From the human T2T-CHM13v2.0 reference genome, Homo sapiens, in assembly GCF_009914755.1 (NCBI RefSeq), contig NC_060932.1: 64,000 bases of DNA; one strand, written 5' to 3'. Both the position numbers and the translations under genes were made by a program. Below are positions 1-13,507 of this stretch, in pieces. The notes below the pieces were generated by a model that saw only the letters and a program-made list of their open reading frames with translations, ran no database searches and was not told the DNA's origin. Each line of letters opens with the position of its first letter. Within the stretch, counting starts at the first letter, position 1.

Positions 1-644
1 GTGAGCTGAAAATAGACTTACCACTGGGTACAGAAACATGAATGCTGACTGATTGCCTCTTATAAGTGTTCATCATATCATAGAAAAGAAATTTACAATG
101 ACCTTAAACTCATGTTCCTAGGGCTCATCTATTCACACAATGGATGAGTTAGAGAGGAATAAAATTGTGTACATATAAACCAACTTTTTTCAAAATATAT
201 TTCACCAAACAAAGTGCCATGAGAGGTATCTCTTTGGGCAACACTCCCGTACAGTTAAGCACAGAAAACAAAGTATAACACATTGGTGATCATGGATGGT
301 CACTAGGTATGTAAGAATTACTTTAGTTTCTTGGGGGAAAATGCATATGCTTATATCCTTGAGATTCACACCAGGAGACTCTGATTCTGTAGTCTAAAGT
401 GGGATGAGTTGAGTTGTTTTTTTTCCCAGTTTTAACAAGCTTTTGAGCTGATTCTGAGGTAAGTGTCTTAGGATCATATTTGTGAAAAATACCATTCTAC
501 AGCTTTTTTCCCTTTTATTTTGCCAGTCTCGGAACACTTCCTCATTTCCTTTGGTCTTTGATAGCTTAAATTACTATCTTAATATTGTTCATTGAATAGT
601 AGGGAACAAACAGGAATAAGAATCACAGATAGGAAACATGACGC

Positions 645-790
645 TAGATCTGCCATCTTCTACCTGTGCTACCTTAAGATAGTTCCTTAAGCTGCCTCAG
701 CCTCAGTTACAGTCATCTCACACAGCTGGTGTGAGGCTTTCAAAATAGTGTTTAAATCATGCTGGTACGTGGTAGGAGCACTGTAAATCC
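645..790 (+). mobile_element. MIR SINE fragment
   Basis: tctgccatcttctacctgtgctaccttaag...gcctcagttac resembles the MIR core. Confidence 0.55.
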
Positions 791-1889
791 TAGCTAGCTT
801 TATAGTACTATTCCCCTCCTTCCTTTCATTTAATTATTTGGAAGCTGCTCCATTTAATGGTTCTCCAGCAAACTTGTCTCTTTCTTTTTAGCTGCTGGTA
901 GCCTCGTGCTTTGCCATTGTGTCTGGGATCTTGATAATCACAATGCATTTTGTCATTGCTTTTGCCACTGTTGTTCATGCAGCAGCTCCATGGCAGGACA
1001 TTCCTCTGTATAAATCATTATTTATGGGCCAACTGCCAATAAAAATAACCACAGGAAATATCTAAACCCTGATTTTGTTTTCTAATACATTTTCCCCTTT
1101 GGAAAGGACACCATTATTAAGACATTTTTAAACAATTTCTGGAACCAGTTACCTCTTTACTAGAGTCTCTAGTTGGCAATGAAAGAACGAACATTAAATG
1201 CTTTCACAAAAGTGGCTGAGGGAAAAATAGGAATCGTCGTGTTAAGAAGAACAGTTATTTAATTATGAGCATTTTATGGTGCTGTTAAGGTATCAGAACC
1301 CCACAGCTTGCTTTACTAACGCTGCATTTCTAAACCTAGCTGGTGCTGGTTTCCTTCCATTTTCAACATTTCATTTCCTGGGCAATTTAAAAACAGCAGG
1401 CCAGTTTGGGGATAAACATTAAAATACAAATACTTCAGCTCTAGTGATTTTGCAAAGCAGCCACACAAAGCACTTGCGGTTTTAAGCATATTTTTAAAAA
1501 CACACATTGCTTTGGGACCGCTGTGCCATAATATGTTACCCTGAATAGGTTGTTGATTCGTGGCAATGCATTTAATGTCAGTGCTTTTATTATTTAACAT
1601 AAAATTTGGGCAACAAAACTGGCCCAGATTCAGAGGGAGGGAAAGCTGACAAGTTTCTATCTTGTTGATGTGCTATTTAGCAGAGAATCTGGGTTTGCAA
1701 AACACATTGACCTGCTGCTTCAGGGGTCTTCCAGGGGGCTTTCTTTTAGGACCAGCAGTGGCGAGTGCTGGTTTTTTAAAAATCATTATCATTGTGGTTA
1801 TTACTTTTGCAAATACAGTTGTAGCCAAGTATACTAATACGCAGATCTCCTATAACGCTTGCAGTTTACTAAAGGTTTCCTCCTCATGG

Positions 1890-2045
1890 ACTGGCTCTAT
1901 TCTCACAACAGCTCTGTCAGGGTGAATGTTACCACTCCCACTATATAGATGTGGAAGCCGAGGCCCAGATGAGTTAAGTGATGCATGCAAAGCTCCTAAT
2001 TGGCAGAAACAGAAGTTGAACTCAGGTGTTTGACCCAGTACCAGA
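1890..2045 (-). mobile_element. MIR SINE fragment
   Basis: atagatgtggaagccgaggcccaga...ttaagtga resembles the reverse MIR core. Confidence 0.6.
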
Positions 2046-2289
2046 ACTCAGCTGATCTTATTTAGTCAACGTCTCTCCAAAATATCAGAATAATTACACA
2101 TTTCAGGTAAACAATAGAACCATTTGTTAGGAACAAATCAGGCAGGTTAGCTATTTGGGAATGTTCCCTTTGTTTTAAATGTTCAAATGTGCATTTCCCC
2201 CACTGAACTCCTGTATACCCTTCAAAAGCCAGTTACTCCTACACATGTCTCTTCCCAGTTCTACCAGACGTCATCCTCTACTTACATCT

Positions 2290-2590
2290 TTCTAAAATAG
2301 TTGTAAAGTACTTCTGTGCTTGGCACTGTGCTAAGCATTGAGGCTTTAGCAGCAAGAAGTACAGACACTGTCTTGAGTATCAGGAAATTACAAGTGGGAC
2401 AGGTATTAAACTCAAAATTGCAAACATGATTTTTAAATTACAGTGGTGATAAAGGCTACAAAAGATAAGAACATGGAGTTTTAAGGATGCACAGTCAGGA
2501 TGCCTAAGCTAGATGGAGAGAGAGAAGAGAGGACAGAGAAGGTAGGGAGGGGACATAAAAGAATCAAGGGCAGGTTTCTCTAAGAAAACA
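2290..2590 (-). mobile_element. L2 3' fragment
   Basis: tacttctgtgcttggcactgtgctaagcattgagg is typical of an antisense L2 3' end. Confidence 0.5.
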
Positions 2591-3049
2591 ATATGGCTCT
2601 TATTCTTCAGACTGCGACTAGTGGTTTATATGTTCTTTCCCCCATTATTCTATATAGGTCTTGATGACATGAGTCATATTTTGTCTATATTTCATTCATC
2701 TCTGAGCTTAGGGTAGGGGTTCAATGATATTTGTAGCTGTTTTGTTGTGCCCTACTGAGCCAGCAAGGCAACAACCCTCTTCCTAAACCCCAAGATAAAA
2801 GCTAGGTGATGCATAGTTTCCAGCTGATTGTTACCTGGTATTTTAGGGAGATTAAATCACACACAAGGGTTGCTTACTAGTATTTCCTCTATCACTGCCT
2901 CTATTACTGTTACTGTTAATAATCTTACATTTATATATTCCTGTATATGTGTTGAAATTATACATGTCCATCCATCATGTTCTTATAACAGGCCTCTATA
3001 TATGTCATAATATTAAGCATTATGAACTAATATTAATGAGATTCATAAT

Positions 3050-3280
3050 ATCAATATTTAGAGCACTTACTTTGTGCTATGCCCTTTTCTAGGACCTTCA
3101 TAAATATTTCCTAATTTAATCTTCACAGTATTCCAATAAGAGAGGAATTATTGTTTTACAGATGAGGAAACTGATAAAGCAAAAGGCTCCATAACTTGTT
3201 CATGGAACAAGTAAAAGGCGGCGGCACGATTTGAACTAGTAGTCTGCATCTGGAGCCTATGATCTTAGGCACTCTCCTTA
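3050..3280 (-). mobile_element. MIR SINE
   Basis: ttttacagatgaggaaactga core. Confidence 0.65.
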
Positions 3281-3290
3281 AATACTTTGT

Positions 3291-3410
3291 ATTTTTGAGA
3301 CAGTCTCACCATGTTGACCAGGCTGGTCTCAAACTCCTGGCCTTAAGCAATCCTGTTGCCTCAGCCTTCCAAGGAGCTGAGATTACAAGCATGCCCCACC
3401 ATGCTCAGCT
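3291..3410 (-). mobile_element. Alu monomer (FLAM-like)
   Basis: gagacagtctcaccatgttgaccaggctggtctcaaactcctggcc...gattacaagcatg; single arm only. Confidence 0.85.
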
Positions 3411-4062
3411 ACTCCAAAGTACATTTTTCCATGATTTGTCTAGTCTAGGACCCACCTAGTCCAATGGTCTTCCTCATTCAGTACTGGCTTGCTGCAGAAT
3501 TTTAGTCTTTATCTAAAAAAAAAAGTCATTGGGTGGATGTACAACATGAATCAGCGCATCCAAATGACATAATTCACAGGGATATTCATCCATGAGGAGA
3601 AGATGGCATTGCCCTGAATTTGAGGATGAGGCAATACAATGCCTATATTCATCATGTTCCATCAGTTAACATTTGGATTGAATTGACCCATTAAGAGGGT
3701 GACTGACCTGTTGGCTATTTGATTTGATAGGTTTCATAGACAACAAGAAGGCTTCAGATGTAGCAACTGATCAGCCTGTCCCAGAGGATTCAAAACTATT
3801 ATCATATAGTTGGAATCTTCAGCAATTCTTCATAAGCACAAACTGAAATAGTCATTTTCTTTTCAGTTCCATTGATTTTTTCCCCCTTTCTATCTGAGAA
3901 GCCCTATGCAGGCAGAACAGAATCTTTCAATCCAGCTTTACTGCTCCCTAGAGTGGTGCCTGTTTCCTAATGAACCAAGTTCATGGAGAGGGGAGGACCA
4001 CACAGACTTTCAATGTCCCTCCTTTACACTTTTTTTCTCCCTAACTAGTTGTGTTAGATTTT

Positions 4063-4422
4063 TGTATTAGTCTGTTCTCATGCTGCTAATAAAGACATAC
4101 CTGAGGCTGGGTAATTTATAAAGAAAAAGAGGTTTAATGGACTCACAATTTCACATGGCTGGGAAGTCTCACAATCACGGTGGAAGGTGAAGGAGTAGCA
4201 AACGCACTTCTTACATGACGGCTGGCAAGAATGCTTGTGCAGGGAAACTCCCATTTATAAAACCATCACATCTCGTGAGACTTATTCACTACCACGAGAA
4301 CAGTATGGGGGAAACTGCCCCTGTGATTCAATGATCTCCACCTGGCCTTGCCCTTGACATGTGGGGAGTATTACAATTCAAGGTGAGATTTGGGTGTTGG
4401 TGGGGACAGCCAAACCATATCA
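4063..4422 (-). mobile_element. THE1 (THE1C-like) MaLR solo LTR
   Basis: tgtattagtc...aaaccatatca termini; perfect 5-bp TSD ATTTT (4058-4062 / 4423-4427). Confidence 0.92.
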
Positions 4423-6018
4423 ATTTTCTGGGACAAGAAACATCAAGACAAATCTATGGTCCATTCATCTCCTTTGAGAGCCATCAGTGCTCTCTCCTTT
4501 TAATATCATTTCAACATTTATAGAACCCTTTCATTTTCACATTATACTCATGCACATAAAATTTATTTGCTGTCTTAGAATTTTGCTCTTTATGAAAATG
4601 TCCCTTGTTCAGGCTTTTTCTATGTGGGCTTTTCCTAGTTTCCTTTATTTCCTGCTACTCAGCCTATCATATTCAGAGCATCCTACTTCTCAAGCTATGA
4701 AGGCTGGAAAGTGCTTTGGCCTGGTGGTCAAGTTTGGAGTTCTAGTTTGGGTTCTCTTCTGAAGCCAATCATGTGATTACATCCTCTCTATAGTCCTCCT
4801 CTTTTTCCTTTGTAAAATTAGGTGTGGGGGTTGATGATTGGATCATTGTAAAGAACTGTGCCAGCTGTAATTTTTTTTTTGTTCCTATTTTTCTGATTTT
4901 TGTTAAGAGTTAAGTGCTAGAGTTACTTATGATCAGAGTAGATGGAGGGAGACCTGGAGATAAGTCAGCCAGGTATTTTTGTGTGTGACTTGACCAAATT
5001 GCATTAATGAGGAGAGAGGAAGAAATTGCCATTCCTAGCTCACAATGACAGCATCTGAGAAAACAAATCACCCTTCCCTCCTGGATTCCTTAAATGACAG
5101 AGCACACTGGTGGATAAGATAAACTGGAACTCAGCTTTTGCCATGACCACACTTGACCCAATTGCCATGTCTTATCCAAGTGACTGTATCTTATCCAAGT
5201 GACTCTTGACCAAACACAGGCAGAAGAAGAATTTTGTATGTGTCTGGATTTCAGTGGTTTTTTCTTCTTTATATTAATCACTTGTCAGTGGATTCATCCC
5301 CGAGCTCAGAGCTAGCACTGTACATAGGATAAGAAACTAAAAGGACTAGTTTATTTTATTTAGTATTTCTAAAACTTTAGATATCATTCTGCACAGCTAT
5401 AACCCCTGTAGATTTGCAAGCCACCCTTCATGAACTTCCCAGAGAGTCCTGGTCTGTTAGCTCTGACAAGCTTCTTATTTCCTTCCATTTCTGACTCTCC
5501 AAAAGATCCATCCTGGAGCTCAGAAACAGGCAGCATATTAAAAATGGACACTAATGTCTGCACTTTCTGCTGCAACCATAGATGTCTATTACAGCAATTG
5601 GATCTGCTTGTTTAAACCCTTCCCAGTAATACGAACCAGGCTTTGGAGCTGACAGCCACAGCCCTTCAACAGCTACTCTATACCCCCAATTAATGTTCTT
5701 AACATGTCTTGAATTTTGAGTTGTTTGAGTTTTTAATTAAATATTGAAGAATTTTTGTGGCACAACATGACAGCCTATTGCCAAATCATTTACCTGATCA
5801 TGTTACATTATATTTAAAGCACTTGCCCTAGTATGCAAAATCCTCTAAGACATGCAACCAACCAAAATCACTAGGGTTTTCCATAAATTAAATTTTAAGA
5901 AAAGATACTTATAATTTTGGTTAGCATTTCTCCTTCTAAAAGATTCCAGAGAAAAATCTTTCCTTCACAGAGTTATTAACATTCAACAGCTCAACATATT
6001 TTAGGAATTTCATTCTTT

Positions 6019-6156
6019 CATTCTTTTTTTTTTTAAAAAAAAAGATGAGGTCTCACTGTGTTGCCCAGGCTGGCTCCAACTCCTGTCCTCAAGGAATCTT
6101 CCCACTTCAGCTTCCCAAATAGCTGGGATTATGGGCCTGAGCTACCATGCTTAGCT
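6019..6156 (-). mobile_element. Alu monomer (FLAM-like)
   Basis: gtctcactgtgttgcccaggctgg...agctgggatt; TSD ggaatttc(a/t)ttcttt at 6004-6018 / 6157-6171. Confidence 0.85.
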
Positions 6157-6497
6157 GGAATTTCTTTCTTTATAAAAGCATTTATGAGGTATTGTGCATG
6201 CTTTAATATACTATCTTATTTAATCTTTATAAAAATTCTGTAGCATAATAATTTCTTACTTCCCTTGAAGAGATGAGAAAACTGAGGTCTAACTAGTAGA
6301 ACAGCTTGTACAAAGTCACAGAAGGAGAAATTGGCAAAGCCAGGATTTAAACTGATTCCAGTTCAGAACCCTTTCTCAAACTCTAGCCCTTTGCTTCTGT
6401 CTATTAGACTCACTAACACCTTTTCCTTGTGGATTAAGGGAATGACTGATAACCTCACAAATTTTCTTTCAGACCTATGATCCTATGATATTAACTA

Positions 6498-6920
6498 ATT
6501 CCTCCCTTCCTTCCTTCCTCCTTTCATTCCTCCCTCCCTCTCTTCCTTCCTTCCTCCCTCCCTCTCTTCCTTCCTTCTTTCCTTCCTTCCTCCTTCCCCC
6601 CTCCCTCCCTCTTCCCTCCCTCTCTTCTTTCCTTTTCTCCCTCCCTCCTTCCCTCCCTCCCTTCCTTCCTTCCTCCTTTCATTCCTCCCTCCCTCTCTTC
6701 CTTCCTTCCCTTCCCTTTCCTTCCTTCATTCCTTGCTTCTTTCCTTCCTTCCTCCCTCCCTCCCTCTCTTCTCCCTCCCTCCCTTCCTTCTCTTCCTTCC
6801 TTCCTTCCTCCCTCTGTCTCTCCCTCCCTCCTTTCCTTTCTTTCTTTCTTCCTTCCTTCTTCCCCCCCTCCCTCTTCCCCCTTCCCCCCTTCCTTCCTTC
6901 CTTCTTTCCTTGCTCCCTTC
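6498..6920. repeat. Polypyrimidine (CCTT/CCCT)n low-complexity repeat
   Basis: About 420 bp of almost pure C/T; source of the P/S/L/F and G/E/R/K-rich ORFs. Confidence 0.97.
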
Positions 6921-8445
6921 CACATTTACTGAACACCTATTATGTACTATAGGCCAAGCATACAAAAAAGATGCTGCAACCACCTCGGAGCATGTTATAA
7001 CGCACTTTTCCAGTCCTAGGATAGTCTCTGGCCTTCATCTATGCATCCACTCATGCATTAACTGAGAAAATATTTATTGAACACATAGTAATGAATTATA
7101 CTAAGCTTTAGGGATTCAGCAAATAATTCAGGCTCTGTCCTGGATCACATAGAACTTCTGCTCTGGTGTTTCTACCTGGTTCTCTCTTCATTTTCTCTTT
7201 TGCTTCCACATGCTTATTCATAAGGGCTTTGCTGAGTCAGGAGGGGTTGGCAGGCTCATGAATTCAGGGTGCATATTTTCAAGTAGGAATTGAGGTTATG
7301 AGATGTTCTATCAGCCAGTCATTTCCACTTATTTGATAGTCAATCATGGTACCAAAATATATTTTCATTTATCTTATTTCTTCTCCTCTTCGTTTTGTTT
7401 TTATTTAACCTTTTCTATGTGCAGTTCTCACCTCCCCCAATTTGTCTGTAAGCTCTTTGAGTCACTCTATGGTGACTACACAGAGTATAGGCTATAAAAA
7501 TATTCACTGAATAAATTCCAAGTCCATTTCTCTGTCCCTTGTTGTTGCTATGTGTCTATAAACATGAGGTAGCAACTCTAAAGTCTTGTTATAACAGGCT
7601 AGCCTGTAACTATGAATAATACATATATCTCAAGCAAACTCCCCACCCTGGATAGCAGGCGCTGCCAGTGAATGATACTACCAGTGACTATAACTTCTTG
7701 AGGAATATAGCAAGTGCTCTCCTAAAAGTTATGCAACTCCCCAAAGTGGATTTCAGACTTTTCTTTCCTTCTCAATAACAACATTACAGAGCTGGGTGTG
7801 GAGGATGGTGTGGGAGGGACAATAAAACAAAAGTTGTCACATTTGTCTTAATCTGTACCTTGATTTCCTTATCTTGGATTTAAGCTTAACAATAAAAGAC
7901 ACTCCATCTGTACCTCTATCACGTGAAAGTGTTTTTATAAGCAATAAACATATTATTTATATTGTGACCAAAGTTTAAACCATATATTGTATTGCAGGCC
8001 AATTTAATTTTTGTTCTTTCATTGTCCATTTTGTGCTTTTACCTTACCAGGTTTGTGGCCCATTTTTTGGGTCAGTCCTCCCAGCTTTGATACTCATTTA
8101 TGCCAAGATGTTTTTGCTTGATAATAGTTTAATTATCAACAATCTTCAGATACTAATAACATGTAAATACTGAGTATCATGACTTTTCCAAGTAAGGAAA
8201 TATGGTAGAATAAAGAAACCTTGACACTATTCATCCTACAACATGTAGAAATGTGTCTGATCCACTAATCTTCCCCCAAGGCCAATATTGCTAGAAGATC
8301 AAATGTTGAAATGTTGCAGAACATTCATTTTATTGATGCTTGAAAGGGACACATATAAGAGTTAATAGTTTTTGCACTGTAATACCTATGACAGGTACAA
8401 TTCTAAATGTCTTTCATGGGTTAAATCTTCACTGCAACCCTGTGA

Positions 8446-8785
<340 letters not shown>

Positions 8786-9261
8786 TATCCCCAATATATA
8801 GAAGAGAAAATTGATAAAGGGCAGCCTATCCCCATTTTATAGAAGAAATTGATGAAGGGAGAAGCCAGGTAAACAAACTGTGCAATGGCACTCTAGTAGC
8901 AAGAAGAGAAAGGTTTGAACTCAGGCAGTCTGACCTCTGAGCCTACCCAGTTAGTCACCATGACACACTGAGAACCACTGCAGTAGTAGCAATAGAAGAG
9001 TGATTCAAAGTTTCAGAATACCTCATGGGAAAACAAAGATCCCTTACTGTGTAAACTCAAACTACCTAGCCAGTCACATTTTGTTTTGATTCCCACCCCC
9101 TCATCTCCATGTTTCATACCTTCTCATACTGTCTCATGCCTATTTTTTTGTGCACTGTGTGACCTCTGTGTGACTTGTGCTCTCACCTTTGCCTAAGGCT
9201 TATTCATTTTCTGAGTTAGCTTAAGGCTCATCTCCTGTAGGCAAATATGGATGCTTCCTTC

Positions 9262-9659
9262 GTATAAAAGAAAAACTTCAGCTGAATTAAATTTAAAGGA
9301 GTTTAATTGAGCAATAAACGATTTGCAAATTGGGCAGCCTTCTGAGCCAGAATAGGCTCAGAGACTTCAGCACAGCCACGTGGTGGAAGAAGATATATGG
9401 ACAGAAAAAGGAAGGTGACATACAGAAAACAGAAATGAGGTACAGAAACAGCTGGATTGGTAACAGCTCAGCACTTGCCTTATTTGAACACGGTTCAAAC
9501 AGTTGGCTACATTTGATTGGCCAAAACTGCGTGACTGGCACAAGTGTAGGCTACGGTCTGTTTACACCTCCACTTGTTATAGGTCACGAAGTACAGTAAA
9601 ACCATTAGACTGAACTTAAATATATATGGAGGCAGCTTTAGGCTAAACTTGATTTAACA
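9262..9659 (-). mobile_element. ERV1 solo LTR (MER57-like)
   Basis: Reverse strand starts TGTTAAATCAAGTTTAGCCTAAAGCTGCCTCC; flanking 4-bp CTTC repeats. Confidence 0.8.
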
Positions 9660-10067
9660 CTTCTATGAGTTCCCATTGCCCAATACACATACCCACCGTG
9701 GTGCATTTATCTTCACATACTGTAATCATCTGTTTACCTCTTTGTTCAATAGACAGTCAGTTCTTGAGAGCTGGGATGAGCCTTTCCATCTCCATTTCAC
9801 CATCATCTAGCATACTATCTGATGCCTGTAGAAAGATTCATATGAGCCTACCATCTGTGAGTGGAGCTGGGAGGAAACTGACTTTATATTAATGAAAACT
9901 ACCCAGAGTCTGATTCACTTACAAATGTATTTCACTATTTGAAGCAGAATTCTTTTTCTAAAAAATTGTGGAAGGCATCAAACATTTCAGTTTTCTTTTG
10001 TGGTTTTCCAAATCACAAAACTACCTAGAAGGCATATTATATGTTTAAAAATTAAGAAATAAAATAA

Positions 10068-10361
<294 letters not shown>

Positions 10362-10787
10362 CCAAAACAAGATTTAGGATTGTGTGTTTCCTGTTTCCCT
10401 GGTTTCTTCACCTCTTCTGCTTCTTAAAGGCGGTCTTTGTCACTAGAATATTGTGATGCAGCCTCAGGAAAATAAGAAGAGAGGGGTAGATCCAGAAACA
10501 GAAGACAGAAGGAAGGACTGAGCCAAAACAACTAAATCAATCTACACGATGAAGAGCAAAGCAACAGGGAGAAGGCCAGAGAAAAGAAAATAAGCAACCT
10601 GGACTGGAATAGAGAAAGTGAAGGGTAACCATGTGAAGGATTCTGGATGAAACAGTTATAAGAGGAAACTGGGGGGTGTACTGGCAGCTATAAGAAATAA
10701 GACAGGACATGGATATTCTTTTATTTTTATGAGAGATGTGAGCAAAAACATTTTAGAAATTATTTGTGGCTAATCAACTGTAATTCT

Positions 10788-11106
10788 TTCTTTCTTTCTT
10801 TCTTTTTTTTTGAGATGGAATCTCGCTCTGTCATCCAGGCTGGAGTGCAATGGTGCTATCTAGGGTCACTGCAACCTCCCAACCTCTGCCTCCCAGGTTC
10901 AAGCAATTGTCCTGCCTCAGCCTCCCCAGTAGCTGGGATTACTGGTGCCCGCCACCATGCCCGGCTAATTTTTTTTTTGTATTTTTACTAGAGATGGGGT
11001 TTCACCATGTTGACCAGGCTGGTCTCAAACTCCTGACTTCAAGTGATCCACCTGCTTGGGCCTCCCAAATTGTTTGGATTACAGGCGTGAGCCACTGCAC
11101 CTGGAC
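10788..11106 (-). mobile_element. AluS
   Basis: Full dimer; TSD aactg(t/c)aattct at 10776-10787 / 11107-11118. Confidence 0.95.
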
Positions 11107-11444
11107 AACTGCAATTCTGTAAATATGACTCCTTTAAGAAACAGAGCCAGGATACCTAAGGCTATATGTACCATTTTATTCCAGAATTTTGGCCATAGCT
11201 ACATGCGTATTTTACAAAAATGCTCAAAAGATATGTCAAAAATTTTTCAGTTTTTAATTTCACTCAAGGGCAGTGTCCAGTAGGAGTGAGATGAATTTAT
11301 ACTTTATCAACTTACTCTAGTAATGTTTTCTTTTTCCTTATAGAGGGCACTCCAGAGGCTGACTCTCTGTTCTGTCCTTCAACCTAGCTTTGCCTAAGGC
11401 TAGAGACATCCTTGATTCAGAGAGATTTGTGCCATTTACTATGG

Positions 11445-11960
11445 AGCAGTATTTCAAAAAGTTTCCAGGTCCTGAATCCCTTTGAGAATCCAATGGAAAG
11501 TATGGACATGCTTCAAAAAAATAAATGCACTGTATTAGCCCATTTTCACACTGCTGATAAAGACATACCTGAGACTGGACAATTTACAAAAGAAAGGAGT
11601 TCAATTGGCCTCGCAGTTCCACGTGGATGGGGAGGCCTCACAATCATGGTGGAAGGCAAGGAGGAGCAAGTCACATCTTACATGGAGGCAGCGGTAGAAA
11701 GAGAGCTTGTGCAAAGAAACTCCTGTTTTTAAAACCATCAGATATTGTGAGACTCATTCACTATCATGAGAACAGCACTGGAAAGACCTGCCCCCATAAT
11801 GAATCCCACCAGGATCCTTCCACGACATGTGGGAATTGTGGGAGTTACAATTCGAGATAAGGTTTGGGTGGGGACACAGCCAAGCCATATCATGCAAATA
11901 AGAAAATACACACAAAATTTTGCTTACACTTTGAAGAGACTCAGGAATTCCTGAAGTCTT
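11445..11960. mobile_element. hAT-Charlie MITE remnant (MER103-like), split by THE1B
   Basis: ccctttgagaatccaatggaaagtatggac before the LTR and cacacaaaattttgc after it; a related reverse copy lies near 31150-31250. Confidence 0.45.
11531..11892 (-). mobile_element. THE1B MaLR solo LTR
   Basis: tgtattagcc...ctgctgataaagacatacc...gccatatca; TSD tgcac/tgcaa. Confidence 0.92.
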
Positions 11961-13507
11961 TCTGTGAGCCTTCCAGGCATCCACAGACCCACATTACCAA
12001 TCCCTACTGTCCCTAGATGGGCTCATTTGCATATCAAGCTCCGCCATGTTAGAACACTTCATCTTACTTCTCATCTCAAATAAGCAACATTTCTGGCTAA
12101 ATTTTCTCTGGGAAAAGATGGAGTTTTGCTTAACCCTAATGTGATTCTGGTGTCTAGAAATCTCAAATCTGATCCTTTCACCTGTGACTAGAGACCACAG
12201 AATCACTCAGCATGTTAACAAAGACAAATGTTGGTCTTTATCATTTCCAAGATAATTTAAAGTCACTGTCCTGCATGGGACATTGTTTAATAATTGATAT
12301 GCAGTTCTGAGTGGCAGGTTTTTGATGAACAGTTGAGGTCTTTGGGTTAGAACGGTCACCCATGAAGGAAGAGGTCGGAGATAACAAAAGCCCGCAAGGG
12401 TACTCCTGCTGCTATACTGGGTACCATCTATAATTGATGAGTGGTTTTCAAAGCCATCCCCAGCTAAAGCATTTTGCAGTAATCCACTCAGACAATACTT
12501 ACTTGCTGCCAATAAATCCCGTAATTCAGGCTGTCCACCTGAATCACTCCTCAAGGAGTGTGAGTAAAGGCTTCTTCCTCCTCTCTACTTCCTCCCTCTC
12601 AATCATCTCTCTCTCAGGAGCAGGCCAGCACTACTGAAGGCAGTTAAATTCATCTCAGATCTCACTGTCAAATGAAATGTTAAAATTCCCTCAACCTCTC
12701 AGAAGAAACTTTTGACAATCAAGTAATATAACAATTCCAACCAGATGTCAAATACTTTTAGAATACAATTTTTCATATCTCGCTTTTTTCCTCCAATCAT
12801 TTTTATGGCAAACATTAATAAAAATAAAATACTATGTTCTTAAGAATTATGACACAGATGCTTTTTCCTTGCTGAAGTATGAGCCTTCCTTTTTCAATGA
12901 GATACCAAGGGCAAAAAAAAAAAAAAAGTATTCTTAATGTTAACCACAAACAGCATTTATACTTCTGGGCCAGAGTAGGACCTCAATGTTATATAATTGT
13001 ATTTACATTATATAACAAAATAAGATTTGAATAAAAAACAAAAGTTTGTGAGTCCCTGCTATGCACTAGGTACTGTACCAGAGCTGAGGGCCAGGTTTTC
13101 TTTCTGAAAAATACGAGTTGAAAATCTTTTGAAACAAAAAATGTCAACCTCATATAGAATAATGGTTTTTACAAAAATAAATACAAGAGGAAAAAACCTT
13201 TAAAAGTGTGGGAGAAAACAAAACAAGAATCAATGTCCAGAATAAGGGATATTCTGAATAAAATTAATCCAATTGAAAACAAAGCGTTCCCATTTTTCAT
13301 GTAATGTCAGAAGTGGTTAAACCTCATCAGGAATAATTTCTTCCATATTAACCCCACTATGAGTATATGTAAGAGTAAGATCCAACATCTCTAAATACTT
13401 TATTCCTCTCAGATTGAGGGAAATGCATTTTCCTTCACTTCTACCTTCAACAGAGCAAGGCCCAGAGTATTATGACATCCTAAGGGAGAGAACTGCAAAC
13501 ACTATTC

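Noticed and set aside
6485-7065. Overlapping 85-155 aa ORFs on both strands
   Set aside because: Translations of the CCTT/GGAA low-complexity tract, which lacks stop codons.
11335-11355. CTCF-like TAGAGGGCAC cores (also near 17021)
   Set aside because: They lack the upstream CC(A/G)C half of the motif; not supportable from sequence alone.
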